Shown here: in pieces, positions 47,401 through 58,919 of the stretch
Numbering within the stretch: the stretch's first letter is position 1
Layout of the letters: every line of letters begins with the position of its first letter
From: Octopus vulgaris
Lineage: Eukaryota
Reading direction: 5' to 3'
DNA: 64,000 nucleotides
Assembly: GCA_951406725.2 (NCBI GenBank)
Contig: OX597836.1
Span: forward strand, 19,158,001-19,222,000
Notes under the pieces: generated by a model
What the model was told of the DNA's origin: nothing
The model's database searches: none
The model's input: only the letters and a program-made list of their open reading frames with translations
Made by a program: the position numbers and the translations under genes

Positions 47401-50400
47401 AGAAGGGGTCTTGACACAGTTGGTTTCCCGTCTCAACTTGAGTCTGTAGATCTTGACCACAGGGACAGTAAGTGTCCTAACAGGATAACTCTCTTCCCAT
47501 TCAAGGGAGGCAGATACCTTGTCTGGGATGCGATGTACAGCAACACATTACCCAGCTCCAACCTCGTGGTGTCTGTTGCAAAACCACCCTGGTGTTGCCA
47601 CCCATAATGCAGAGGAGAGAAAAATCATTAGGTACAGGAGTTTGGCCAGCAACTAATCGTTTGTGCCGGACACTCTTGAGAGACGTCAGTTTTCTAGGAT
47701 CCTGTACCGCCAAAATAGGGATAGTACCTGCAAAGTAGGGATAGTGGAAGCCCATTGGAGAAATGAATCCCATGAGGTGGAGTGGCTACTGCAGCAAGGG
47801 TCGCTGGTCATTCTCCACAGCAATACCATTGCGGTCATTACCACAGGACACATTACCCTGGATCTTTCCACCTCCACGCCCAAAGAGGCAGTTCCAACCA
47901 CTTTGAGAACCACTGCACTAGAGGGTATGAATAAGAAAAAAAACAGATGGGGTTAGATAGAACAGGGGAGATATGATACACTACAGGGGTGGGTATGAGA
48001 AGAGGGGAGAGGTTAGACAGAACAGGGGAAATGTGAGACACTATAGGGGTGGGGGCAAGAAAGAAGAGGGGAGGGTTGAGACACAAAATGGGGAGACTGC
48101 CAGAGCCAAAGGGTTTACCTCATAGTCACATTCCATAGTGTTGTAGTGTGACAAACGCTGCTCATAACGAGATATCTTCTTCTGGGAACCTTCCAGCTTC
48201 TCTTTTAGAACAGCTGTCATTTCTTGATGATTCCTAGAAATATAAGAATGCCATCACAATCAGCATAACCACCAGCATCATCATCATCATCATCACAATT
48301 ACCACTAGCATCATTAATGAACTTGTCTATGTGATCAATCTGCTAGAAATAGCTACGATATTCCCCTCAAATCACACTCTACATTCTTAAAAAGAAAAAA
48401 GAGAACACATTAGAATATATAGTCCTAGGTAGAGTATACCTGAAAGAATAAGAAAATAAACAAAACTTCCACCATTGATTTGCCTGCTCAATCAAGTCAG
48501 ACCCAGGGCTACACAACATCGTCATCATGACCATAGACTCTACTACTAACACCGTCATCACTCCACCACCCACCCTAAATTAACCCTTTAGCATTTAAAC
48601 CAGCCTTACCTGACCCTGCTGTACTCAAGGAAACCCATCCTCCACAGCAGAAGCGTTCAGGCCACATCTAGTGAAGAGACCTGTGCCAGTGCCATATAAA
48701 AAGCATTCATGCCAGTGCCATATAAAAAGCACTCGTGCTGGTGCCACATAAAAGTGCTCGTGCTGGTGGCACATTAAAAGCACCCAGCACTCGCTGTAAA
48801 GTGGTTGGTGTTAGGAAAAGCATCCAACCATGGAAACTAAGCCAAATCAGACTGGGACCTGGTGCAGTTCTCCAGCATGCCACCAGCCCTGGTCAAACTG
48901 TCCAACCCATGCCAGCATGGAAAATGAACGTTAAAGGATGATTACATTATCTTCTCATCTACCAAAATCATTGCTGCCTCCTGCTCCCCACCTCATTCCA
49001 CAATTAGCCTCCACCCACCACAATCATCATCACCTACCATACACACACAATGATGGAAAAAAAAAACAACCCCAAAACGCTATGACCTGCAGAACAGCCA
49101 AACCCAAGTGAAAAGTATAAAGTACAATGCTGGCTCCTTACTTAAGGTAGGTGTTATCAACTTTTAACATTTCCAATTCCTTCTCCAGTTCTCCCATCTT
49201 TGAGAGCTGCACTTTGAGGTTCTTCCTCAGAATCAATTCCTCTTCATACTGCGCAAGTTTCTGCTCCAGTTCCTGAAATTAAAGTAAAGTGGGAGAGATA
49301 TGCAGTGATATACATCTGGAAAATTCTGGGGGGAGTCTTGTCCCAAACTTTGGCATTCAAAGTTACCCCAACCGCAGAACGGGGTGCCAAAGATCCCAAC
49401 ATCTCCATCAAAATACAGGACCATATACTGCAACAGCTTGAGTTTCAGAGGACCACAGCTCTTCAATATCCTTCCTAAATACCTGAGAGACCTGCATGGT
49501 GTGGATGTGGGTTTCTTTAAAACTAAATTGGATCTCTTCTTGTCAAGGGTCCCAGATGAACCTACCTCTCGGCAGGAAACACAGATGCGGGCAGCGGCAT
49601 CAAACTCCCTTGTTGATCAAGTGCCATGTATCAGAGGCGGTTTCACATACTAGTGTAGCTCATTCAACGGTGGTGCCCCAGCATGGCCACAGCCTTCGGG
49701 CCGAAACATTTTTAAGGATTTAAGGATTTACACAAATGATTGTCATTGGCATCATCACCATAATACCCACATTTCCATGATCACATAGGGTGGGATGGTA
49801 TTTGTCGAGGTGGATTTTCCACAGCCGGATACCCTTCCTGTTGCCAACCCTCACTTGCTTCCAAGCAAATTAATATTTCCTCCCCATGACTGACATGTTT
49901 TCACAGAAGATTGGAAATGCAGGACACACATTTACAACTACCATGTGATGTTGAGGGAAGGAGACAGAAACCTCAATGTCCCCATATGTGAGTGTGTGTG
50001 TGTGTGTGTGTGTATAAGATGGTTGGTGCTAAGAAGGGCATCCAGCTGTGAAAACCATGCCAAAACAGAGAGTGAACCTGGTGCACCCATTAGAATCAAA
50101 GGTGATGGGGAAAAAGGTTTTAAAATAACCCACCTTTACCAATTTGTAGGCAGTTTCCATACCATCTTTGTAAGCTTTCATTTCCACTATCTGCTCCTGT
50201 GCACCTATAAGGAGTCTGAAATAAAGATATTGGTTTCTTATAAAATAAGAAAGAAACAGACACAAAGTTTATTTGGAGGTAAACAAGCTAATATAAACAA
50301 TTAACGCTTTAGCATTCAGATTTACTGTCAAATGTAACACTTATTCACATTGTTTTTGAATTAATAATGCATTATTTTGTAGTTTCAAGATTTCAATGAA

Positions 50401-53400
50401 GTGACTTGCTTATTTTTAGAATGACATTGTAGGGTAGGTGTGAGAGACTGGATCTGGACAGCTTGAACATAAAATATTTTGTCCAGATAAGGACGGATTT
50501 ACCCTATTTAAATGAGGTCCCTGTACCTCTGCAACTTACTTTTTTGTAGACAATAGTTGAGTCTTCATCTCAGATAACTCACTTTGACTGGTCTGTAACT
50601 TTGTCTGTACATCAAACAGCTTTTCCTTGTGGGAGCGTATGTCTTGGTCATGTTCCAGGATTTTCTGGGAGAATATAAGGGTGAGAGTAAGTAAGAACAT
50701 GGAGTCAGAATAGGAGTGAAAGAGATGTGAGGAAGATGTAAGAGTGTAGCTCGAGATGATGATCGTGGTGGTGATGTTGATGATAATGGTGATGTCCACA
50801 ATGATAAGGATGATAACAGTGATGATGGTATTGATAAGGAGGTAATGATGGTATTGGCGGTATTTCTTCTGTCTCTACGTTCTGAGTTCAAATTCCGCCG
50901 AGGTCGACTTTGCCTTTCATCCTTTCGGGGTCGATTAAATAAGTACCAGTTATGCACTGGGGTCGATATAATCGACTTAATTCGTGTGTCTGTCCTTGTT
51001 TGTCCCCTCTGTGTTTAAGAGTGTAGCTCTAGATGATGATCGTGGTGGTGATGTTGATGATAATGGTGATGTCCACAATGATAAGGATGATAACAGTGAT
51101 GATGGTATTGATGAGGAAGTAATGGTGATTTTGGCGGCATGCTTAGCGGTATTTCGTCTGTCTCTACGTTCTGAGTTCAAATTCCGCCGAGGTCGACTTT
51201 GCCTTTCATCCTTTCGGGGTTGATTAAATAAGTACCAGTTACACACTAGGGTCGATATAATCGACTTAATCCGGGTGACTGTCCTTGTTTGTCCGCTCTG
51301 TGTTTAGCCCCTTGTGGGTAATAAAGAAATAGGTATTTCATCTGTCTCTACATTCTGAGTTCAAATTCCGTCGAGGTCGACATTGCCTTTCATCCTTTCG
51401 GGGTCGATTAAATAAGTACCAGTTACACACTGTTTATTTTAAAAATGACATTGTAGGGTTGGTTTGAGAGACCAGATCCAGTCAGTTTGAACATAAAACA
51501 GAATATTTTGACTGGATATGGCTGATTTAAATACTAAAAGATTGACCATCTTTAAGGGATACATAGATGTATATAATCGACTTAATCCGGGTGTCTGTCC
51601 TTGTTTGTCCCCTCTGTGTTTAGCCCCTTGAGGGCAATAAACAAATAAGTAATGATGATGATTGTGATGATGACTAAAGATTATACTAAAAGACAGTGGT
51701 GATGATCCTCATCATCATCGTTTAGCGTCCGCTTTCCATGCTGGCATAGGTTGGACGGTGCAACTGGGGTCTGGGAAGCCAGAAGGCTGCACCAGGCCCA
51801 GTCTGATCTGGCAATGTTTCTACGGCTGGATGCCCTTCCTAACGCCAACCACTTCGTGAGTGTAGTGGGTGCTTTTTACATGCCACGGGAGGCTGGCAAA
51901 CAAAAAAAAACATAGAAAAGTAGCAGAGGAAGAGAAGTGAGAGTAATAAGGTAAACGGTGGTGTAAAAACATGGATGAAACTGTGTGAGGTAATAACAGT
52001 AAAAGTAGCATTACCTGTTGTTTCTGGCAGTCTGAAGCCACTGCTGCCTTCTTCAAAGCAACAATCTCCGAATCCATTTTGTTTAGTTTGTGAGCCATTT
52101 CAGCATTTTCTCCTTGAAGATGCTTCTCTTTCTCATAGAGCAGCTTCAACTGCGTCCGCAGTTCGTCGGCCTTCTCCTGGCATTGCTGCAATGGTAAAAA
52201 TATACAGCATATGATCAACAACCAACCAACCAAGCACAAGTAAGGAACAATGGTTAACCCTTTCGTTACTATATTTATTTTGAGAGGCCCTGTGTTTCTT
52301 TCAGTTACTTTAAATATAACAAAGAATTTACTAAAATAACTTAGTTATCATTAAGCTAGTGTTAGGAACATAAATTGTGACTAAGGTTTGGTGGAAGATT
52401 TTAATTCAAAACAAGACATTTGTACTACAGAGCCAGTTTCAGCCGGGTTGGTAACGAAAGGGTTAAAGACATGTTGGACAATGATAAGTTAAGTTAGTTA
52501 AGTTAAGTTAATTTTTTGGCTCAAAAAGCAAAAAGCAAGGCCATGTAGGGGGACATGGAGTTATAATAAATAAATAATGAAATTATTGTATACAGTGCTC
52601 AGGTGCACCACAACTTGTCAGAAAGTGCATATAAAGTACATGCAGTAATGTAGAAATGTCTGGAAAGCGAACAATGTATGAGTCAGATACATGCTTGCGT
52701 GTGTATGGAGGGGAGAAAATCAAGTGTAGTGTTGGCGAATCTCAGGAAGCATGGAAGTTTTGAAGGATGCAGTGCTCCGACAACTAACAACCGATGCCGG
52801 CAGTTTGTTCCATGCTTCAGCAACTCTCAGCATGAAAAAATGTTTCCTGAAGTCATGGGAGCTGTGCTGTTTTCTTAGGGTGGTGTTCATGCAAAGAGTT
52901 CAGGCCATTTGTGGTCAAGGGAGATTTTGAACCGAGCGGTCGTCGGCATCTTCACTATCTCGTCCAGCAGTTTATTCCATGGATCCGTGACCCGGACGGA
53001 GAAAGCCCCTCTCCTTCGATTGAGATGAAATCGTCACAGATAAAGCTTTTCGGAGTGACCCCGCAGCCGACGCTCTGGAGCAGGAGTGAAGAACAGCTTT
53101 TTCGAGGACAAGCAATAGTAAAACATACAAGGTTTATTTTGTAGCTTTCCAACAGTAAGTACAGGCCTGACCATGTGGTAAGAAGGTTGCTTCTCAACCA
53201 CATGGTTTTGAGTTCCATCCCACAGCATGGCATCTTAGGCAAGTGTCTTCTACTAAAGCTGTAGGACAACCAAATCCTTGTGAGAGGATTTGGTACACAG
53301 AAACCGAAGAAAAAGCTCACTGTGCATGTGTGTGTCTAGATGTCTTTCATGTTGCTCACCCTCTTAATTATTTTTCCAGTGAAGTATATTTATTCTCCCT

Positions 53401-55217
53401 GGTTTTCTCTACAAGAAATCAACAAAACTGTTGTGTGATATATTGCTTACTAGATTAAACACGCATATATCCATCAACACCAACATCAAAATAAAAATCA
53501 AATGGAAATTGTAGTTAAGACACCTGTGCCGGTGACACGTAAAAAGCACCGTCCACACGTGGCAGATGCTAGCGCCGCCTGACTGGCGTCCGTGTTGGTG
53601 ACACGTAAAAGCATCAACCGATCGTGGCTGCTTGCCAGCCTCCTGTGGCACGTAAAAAGCACCCACTACACTCACGGAGTGGTTGGCGTTAGGAAGGGCA
53701 TCCAGCTGTAGAATCACTGCCAAACCAGACTGGAACCTGGTGCAGCCTCCATGGCTTACCAGACCCTGGTCGAACCGTCCAACCCATGCTAGCATGGAAA
53801 ACGGATGTTAAATGATGATGATATACCAAGCCGGTGACACGTAAAAGGCACCTGTATCAATGACACATAAAAGGCACCAACTACACAAATGTCGTTCATT
53901 TTCAGTCTTTCAAGAAAAATATGTCAGGCCATTGGGAAATATTACGTTACGTAGAAACAAGTGGGGGTTGGCCACAAGAAGGGCATCCAGCCATTGAAAA
54001 TCTGCTTCAACAAATTCCTGGAAAAGTGGGCCTTAAAACAATGACAATGACAAATGATGATAAAAGGAAAGAGAATTTGTTTGGGTTTTTTCTTTCAGTA
54101 ACCCTTTAGTATTCACCTTATTCTGTCAAATGTGGTGGTAGCTGCCCCCTTGTTATCGAGTATGGCCACTGCACGAAGCTTAATCAATGTTGTTATTGTG
54201 CAATGCCTGTGCAAGAAGATTTTTTTTAAAGTGAGGAAAGGCTGTGCACTGAGTCAATCCCACTCACTAAGCAACAGCAGCCATAATCCGAAAAGAAGAA
54301 CAAGTCAACATCATCGGTAACCACTGAGCCGCAGGTTTTATGTCGGAGTTATCCCAGTTTCCTGAGTTAGCTTCTCCAAGAAGGATGCCCTAACAAAGGC
54401 TAGGAGTCCTTCACTCCCAATGGTTTAACCGCGCGATCGGGTATTCAGTCCGATTATTTCTATGTCCCCGCGCATGATACAGCCTTAAGACATTTATTGG
54501 ATGGCCGTTGACTCTCAAGAGCTCCACCGCCCTTTGATGGGTTTTGTTTTTCATCCCGCAGGGTGTCCAGTAAACACCCTCCTCACCAAGCAAGCTTGGT
54601 GGGGTTACCGGTTTAGTCGCTGATGACCCGACCATGCAACAGGTTGTACTGGGTTACATGTTACCAGTAGCACTCAAAAGTAATGCTTCTTTTATTCACA
54701 ATGTCTTGAACTGAACATGAAATATCTTGTAGTTCTAAGATTTTTAACCATGTGACTGTTTATTTTTAAAATGACATTGTAGGGTTGGTTTGAGAGACCA
54801 GATCTGGTCAGTTTGAACATAAAACAGAATATTTTGACTGGATATGGCTGATTTAAATACTAAAAGATTAACCATCTTTAAATGGATACCTCTTTCTCTT
54901 GCTTTTCCAAGTTGATCTGTTTTGTGGTCTCAATCAAAGACTGTTTCAGTTTCACTTCGAGGGCTTGAACCTGAGACTCGTATTTTGCAACATCACTCTT
55001 CCATTTCAGATATTTAGCTTCACGCAATGAAGTATCAAGTTCTTTGGCTGAAATACACAAACCAACTAGTCAATCATTTAAAAATCATTAAAAATAATTG
55101 AAATCAAAATCCTTCACACAAACATAAAAACAAGTTTATAAGATCTCTTTAATACTTAAGGGTACTCCTTGGCACATCTTCATTCAAGCATTCCTAAGGT
55201 ATTTTTTGATACTATTG

Positions 55218-55248
<31 letters not shown>

Positions 55249-57728
55249 TCCCTCTGAAAGGTAGCATCAGCTAGCCAGGCTATCTGAAGCAGTTTGATTC
55301 ATGAAGCGAGTCATGGCCATTGGTGAAGGACCAGAACCAGATACTATATGTGTATGTGTGAGTGTGTGTGTGTGTGTTACTGTCTCCTTGCCTTGACATC
55401 ACATGATAGTCATAAGAGAGTGTCACCATCATGCAAGCGATGTCTTTTTGTTTCCAATGAAAGTGTCTGGCCATGGGAAAAATATTGCCTGATTTAGAAA
55501 CAGGTGTGGGTTGGGCACCAGAAGGGCATTCAGCCACAGAAAATCTGCCTCAATGAATTTCACTTGACCCATGCACTCATGGAAAATTGGACGTTAAAAC
55601 AATGATGACAATTCGCATCATTGAGATATTCTGGGGGTTGTTGGACACTGTCTTAGGCATGAAGCCCTCCTCTGCTTACTGTAAGAAGAAGAGAACATCA
55701 GCGAGATGAATTCTTCAACAATATCAACAAAGTAGACGTAGGTGTGGCTGTGTGGTAAGAACCTTGCTTCCCAACCATAGGGTTCAGTTCCATTGCATGG
55801 CACCTTGAGCAAGTTTCTTCTACCATAGTCTGTGAGTGGATTTGGTAGATGGAAACTGAAAGAAGCCCATAGTGTGTGTGCCTATGTTTGTCCTCTACCA
55901 CCACTTGACAACTGGTGTTGGTGCTTACATCTCTGAGCCTGGCACAGCCTTCCAGCATCCCAGCCCAGTCAAACCGTCCAACCTATGCCAGCATGAACAA
56001 CAGACGTTAAATGATGATGATGATCACTCAGCTGTCCAGCAAAAAATAAGTACTGGGGTCAATACATTTGAGTAAAATATTTTTCAAGGCAGTGCTCCAG
56101 CATGGCTGCAGTCTAATGACTGAAACAAGTAAAAGATAAAGAAGAAACTAGCAGCCCATTCCACATACGTGACAATCAATATGCTGGAAATAACACCTAA
56201 ATCTCACTTAAATCACACCAAAGCATCTTTAAAAAAGAATACATCGAGAATTAGATTATCCTGTAACTGTGATATAATTAAGAATCATCATGGGTAGAGT
56301 GTTCTTGGGTTAAACAACAACTGCATGATTACAAAAAGCTAGTAAAGGGGCCTCTACATGGTTGCTAAACCTGCTAGAAATGGTATCCACGTCTCCCTCA
56401 AATCAGGTTATTATCTTAAAAAAAGCAGGACACATTAAATAATGAAAATCCCAATACACAAAAAGGAGGGACGGTCATAATTGGAATGCCTTAAATAATA
56501 AGTCACTTTGATCAGGATTAACCTGGGCCTACAAAGCAACATCTGTAATAGTTACAAGCTGGAGTATTACCTGAGATGAGAGAGATTTGGCTGCTATTTC
56601 TAGAGACTGCATAGTCTTCTTTGTTGGTTATTGTTATTTAGCCCCAGGTCAGTCCTAAAACACCAGACATATGATCACAGTCATTCCAACCCTGACTATC
56701 CAGTCTTTTTTCAAGGCTATATTATTTAATGTGTCTTTCCCTGAGAAAGTAAAATGAAATGACTTTTGAGAGCTGTGGCTGTTATTTCTAGCAAGTGAAG
56801 TGCCAACCACAGAGGTTTCACTGTTGGCTCAGTAGGTGACTGTGATACAGTGAGGTACATGGATCAAACATTTAGACTAGGCATGGGCAACCTTTTCCGA
56901 AAAGTGGGCCCCATGAGATGTGGCTCACTATCAGGCAGGCCACACTACTAAAAAAATTCAGGTGTGTCATTCCTAAAATCCTTCAGGCTGCAGGTTGCCC
57001 ATCATTGAATTAGAACTTAATGTATGAAACAGCTTTACTGCCTTATCCTAGAAAAAGAAAGAAAAAAACTTAAACAGAACATCAAGGTGATCAAAATATA
57101 TATATATATAATAACAAAGGGTGAAACTAATTAATTAAGAAGTAATCAGTAATTTCACCAAGTAGAATTCGGCATGAAAAGGATCATTTCATGGTAAGCT
57201 TAAGTAATACTTTATAATAGGGTTCAGCAACGATTTGCTTCACCACATACCGAAGTTTAGAAATAGCAGTCAAAAAATCTTAGCTATTCCTTCTACTTTA
57301 AAGAGGGTTCCAGAAAAACCAAAGCACTTGAAAACAAGTGGTTTGTTTTCAAGTGCTTTGGTTTTTGTGGGAACCCCTTTAAAGTAGAAGGAATAGCTAA
57401 GATTTTTTGACTGCTATTTCTAAACTTCGGTATGTGGTGAAGCAAATCGTTGCTGAGCCCTATTTATAAAGTATATATATATAAAACAACATAATGAAGA
57501 TGACCAAGAAAGATTTCTTGGTGATTGACACTGACCAGAAGAATCTAATGATAGTTGTGGATCAGAGGTGTTTTCAGATAAACTCTGGTCAAAGTCCAGC
57601 ATGCATTTCAGGTCATTCGATATTCTTGGTGACTTGTTACTGCTACTGTCCCATAGGTTACTGCCAACAAATGCAGCAAAGTCTCGCTTCATTCGAAAAA
57701 CATGTGTTGGTTCCGAGGTACAATACAT
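35292..57728 (-). CDS. MAD1L1: Mitotic spindle assembly checkpoint protein MAD1 (16 coding exons, ~734 aa)
   Basis: Exons 57536-57728, 54890-55047, 52015-52185, 50540-50664, 50134-50215, 49142-49272, 48119-48233, 46626-46690, 45967-46053, 44116-44260, 41089-41277, 40098-40180, 39253-39343, 37138-37360, 36556-36746, 35292-35447. All introns are GT-AG with matching phases; total 2205 nt. Long coiled coil plus MAD1 hallmarks [24 protein letters not shown] (MAD2-binding motif) and C-terminal [29 protein letters not shown]. Confidence 0.95.
36556..36746 (-). CDS. MAD1L1: MAD1L1 coding exon 15 ([20 protein letters not shown]...CLLFQ)
   Basis: Start of the C-terminal domain, [10 protein letters not shown] motif. 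Confidence 0.93.
37138..37360 (-). CDS. MAD1L1: MAD1L1 coding exon 14 with MAD2-interaction motif ([17 protein letters not shown])
   Basis: Close to human GDYDQSRTKVLHMSLNP. Confidence 0.93.
39253..39343 (-). CDS. MAD1L1: MAD1L1 coding exon 13 ([11 protein letters not shown]...LEERQLQ)
   Basis: Resembles human LEAQLERRALQ; CAG|gtaagt donor. Confidence 0.9.
39397..39680 (-). mobile_element. SINE family A with (gat)n tail (more than 10 copies, e.g. 5166, 8395, 28742, 35935-36180, 38483, 41340, 51708, 53520-53820)
   Basis: Recurrent catcatcatcgttta.cgtccgctttccatgctagcatgggttggacgg..ggctggatgcccttcctaacgccaacc. Confidence 0.8.
40098..40180 (-). CDS. MAD1L1: MAD1L1 coding exon 12 ([16 protein letters not shown]...)
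   Basis: ttgtag acceptor, CAG|gtaaat donor, phase 0-2 fits both neighbours. Confidence 0.8.
41089..41277 (-). CDS. MAD1L1: MAD1L1 coding exon 11 ([15 protein letters not shown]...)
   Basis: Conserved ERDG..SYD motif; 189 nt, phase 0-0. Confidence 0.9.
41940..41995 (+). ncRNA. Minimal type I hammerhead ribozyme motif
   Basis: gtct-CTGATGA-(partly decayed stem II with tccca/tggga)-GAAA-cagctg-TA-agac. Confidence 0.68.
43704..44087 (-). mobile_element. tRNA-derived SINE family D (others at ~29114-29478, 31190-31488; related 63270-63592)
   Basis: Minus strand starts gtggagg..caatggcccagtggttagggcagcggactcgcgg with B-box ggtttcgattccc. Confidence 0.8.
44116..44260 (-). CDS. MAD1L1: MAD1L1 coding exon 10 ([12 protein letters not shown]...[10 protein letters not shown])
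   Basis: The GCA|gtaaat donor gives the same QKR-x6-ERDG spacing as human MAD1. Confidence 0.85.
45086..45221. mobile_element. Tc1/mariner-type MITE
   Basis: TIRs acagggtgtcccaaaaaaatgtatacaca / tgtatacatttttttgggacatcctgta; contains a SINE fragment. Confidence 0.65.
45241..45301 (+). ncRNA. Minimal type I hammerhead motif (copy 1 of triplet)
   Basis: gataa-CTGAAGA-gatg..catcc-GAAA-ctc a gag-TT-ttatc. Confidence 0.72.
45520..45554 (-). ncRNA. Ultra-minimal hammerhead-like motif (CCGACGA variant)
   Basis: gttt-CCGACGA-a-gagc tca gctc-GAAA-tg-TT-aaac; a similar decayed motif lies at 44927-44962 (+). Confidence 0.5.
45669..45729 (-). ncRNA. Minimal type I hammerhead motif (copy 2, sense to MAD1L1 pre-mRNA)
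   Basis: Reverse complement reads gataa-CTGAAGA-gatg..catcc-GAAA-ctc g gag-TT-ttatc. Confidence 0.72.
45751..45811 (+). ncRNA. Minimal type I hammerhead motif (copy 3)
   Basis: gataa-CTGAAGA-gctg..tatcc-GAAA-ctc g gag-TT-ttatc; inverted against copy 2. Confidence 0.68.
45967..46053 (-). CDS. MAD1L1: MAD1L1 coding exon 9 ([22 protein letters not shown]...)
   Basis: Resembles human TPEDLSRFVVELQQRE; cacag acceptor, gtaagt donor. Confidence 0.88.
46626..46690 (-). CDS. MAD1L1: MAD1L1 coding exon 8 ([15 protein letters not shown]...)
   Basis: Resembles human LLAKLQSWERL; ttgttag acceptor, TT|gtgagt donor. Confidence 0.85.
46952..47350 (-). mobile_element. Non-autonomous Helitron
   Basis: On the minus strand it begins A|TC (tctatatata) and ends CTAG|T, with a subterminal hairpin cccgagcaacaccggg. 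Confidence 0.7.
47352..47870 (+). mobile_element. CRE-like non-LTR element, restriction-like endonuclease fragment
   Basis: [32 protein letters not shown] (decayed RPDG..WD motif). Confidence 0.55.
48119..48233 (-). CDS. MAD1L1: MAD1L1 coding exon 7 ([15 protein letters not shown]...DYE)
   Basis: ttctag acceptor, GAG|gtaaac donor, phases consistent. Confidence 0.88.
49142..49272 (-). CDS. MAD1L1: MAD1L1 coding exon 6 ([20 protein letters not shown]...)
   Basis: Resembles human DLEQKLSLQEQDAAIVKNMK; AG/GT borders. Confidence 0.9.
49300..49730 (+). mobile_element. CR1/L2-group LINE 3' fragment
   Basis: [35 protein letters not shown]; tail ggtggtgccccagcatggcc..gaaac. Confidence 0.7.
50134..50215 (-). 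CDS. MAD1L1: MAD1L1 coding exon 5 ([13 protein letters not shown]...LVK)
   Basis: tttcag acceptor in phase 2 matches the previous exon; AAG|gtgggt donor. Confidence 0.85.
50540..50664 (-). CDS. MAD1L1: MAD1L1 coding exon 4 ([16 protein letters not shown]...STK)
   Basis: cccag acceptor, AA|gtaagt donor. Confidence 0.88.
52015..52185 (-). CDS. MAD1L1: MAD1L1 coding exon 3 ([14 protein letters not shown]...QKQQ)
   Basis: ttgcag acceptor, CAG|gtaatg donor, 171 nt, phase 0-0. Confidence 0.88.
52254..52466. mobile_element. piggyBac-type MITE
   Basis: TTAA-ccctttcgttac ... gtaacgaaaggg-TTAA. Confidence 0.75.
52560..52880 (-). mobile_element. CR1-like LINE 3' fragment
   Basis: Minus strand [20 protein letters not shown]. 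Confidence 0.55.
54890..55047 (-). CDS. MAD1L1: MAD1L1 coding exon 2 ([17 protein letters not shown]...EKE)
   Basis: tttcag acceptor, GAG|gtatcc donor, coiled-coil sequence. Confidence 0.85.
57207..57474. repeat. Long fold-back inverted repeat in a MAD1L1 intron
   Basis: Arms of ~130 bp around aca-agtggtt-tgt; same family as 17020-17215. Confidence 0.9.
57536..57728 (-). CDS. MAD1L1: MAD1L1 coding exon 1 ([21 protein letters not shown]...)
   Basis: ATG at 57728 lies 11 nt after the acceptor ttttcag (exon starts 57739); donor G|gtcagt is phase 1 and matches the next exon. Confidence 0.8.
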
Positions 57729-57869
57729 GGTGAGTAAACCTGAAAAAATAGAGGGTTTTTAAAAGTTTAAGGAGTTATTAACCTTTTTGTTACATTTCTG
57801 TTGGGATACGCTGTTTTTGTTTCAATTAATATTGAAAATAATGAAGAATTTAATAAAATAGCAGTCATT

Positions 57870-58380
57870 AACCCTTTGTCTTGTCGTGGAGGGGGCGAGG
57901 GTGGGTCGGCTCGAGAGGGCTCCAAATCTCCGAGATCTACGACGTCTAGCTTCTCGGGCCATCCGAAATGCACACTGACGTGCATTTGTGGGGCAGACGG
58001 AGAGAGCAGCTGCGTGCACTGACTCATGTAAGCTTTACCAGCTGGTGAAGCAGGCCAGCCGAAGCACTCCAGGTGTCAGCGAGACGATCCGTGATCGGAG
58101 CGGCACGGTCATTACCAACCTCAGTGACCGGCTGGGCTGATGGCGGGACCACTTCTCCGAGCTGCTCAATCACCTGCCTCCATCTACAACGACCGACGTG
58201 CAGCCACCTGGAGAAGAATACGGGTGCAACACTGCCCCTCCAACGGTCAAGGAAGTGCGTGGTGTCCTGAAAAAACTCCAGAACAAGGCCCTGGTGGGGT
58301 GCAACACTGCCCCTCCAACGTCAAGGAGGTGCATGGTATCCTGAAAAAAATCCAGAACAACAAGGCCCTGGGTGAACGCC
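57870..58380 (+). mobile_element. GC-rich fragment, possibly non-LTR ORF1-derived, with short internal duplication
   Basis: CpG-rich stretch unlike its flanks; gggtgcaacactgcccctccaacg occurs twice; reading frame is broken. Confidence 0.3.
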
Positions 58381-58919
58381 ATCACAAGTACAAGTACAGT
58401 AGAACATCCATTTTCTCTGTTGGCATGGATTGGATGGCAAACAAATAGGCATTCTGAAATAAGTTTCTATAAAACTAGTTTCTAAACATCGAATGGCTAT
58501 GGGGTCCACCAGAATAAAATATTAGTCAAAGGGAGCCATAGGTAAGAGGAAAAAAGCTTGAGAACCATCGATCTAATGTGTCTTTCGTGGGTTATGAAGG
58601 AAATCTGGGACTGCTATTTCTAGCAAGTTCTGTGACCAAACAGAAGCTCTTTTTTTTAGTCCTTAAAGAAATCCATATTTTCAGGCGGAGGTTTAGAATA
58701 CGTAGACCAGCCGTTTTCGGCGTAACAAAACCCCTAACCACCAGGCGTACGTATTCTTTACTTTCGCCAATTTTCAGATATAACAATAACTATTTTGGTT
58801 TATATTGTATTTCAGAATCGTTTCGAAGACCTGTATGCAAAATAGGAAGCAACCTATTTCACTTCCATTCTTTCTCGCTTCTATCAAGAAAATTTAACTG
58901 CTGTTTCTAAAAGTTCTGT

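Noticed and set aside
54880-54889. GTATCCAT donor as a possible U12 intron
   Set aside because: It deviates from GTATCCTT, and there is no clear TCCTTAAC branch site before the acceptor at 52186.
55618-55700. Possible extra MAD1L1 exon
   Set aside because: There is an acceptor-like pyrimidine tract, but frames hit stops or lack a donor, and the flanking exons already join in phase.
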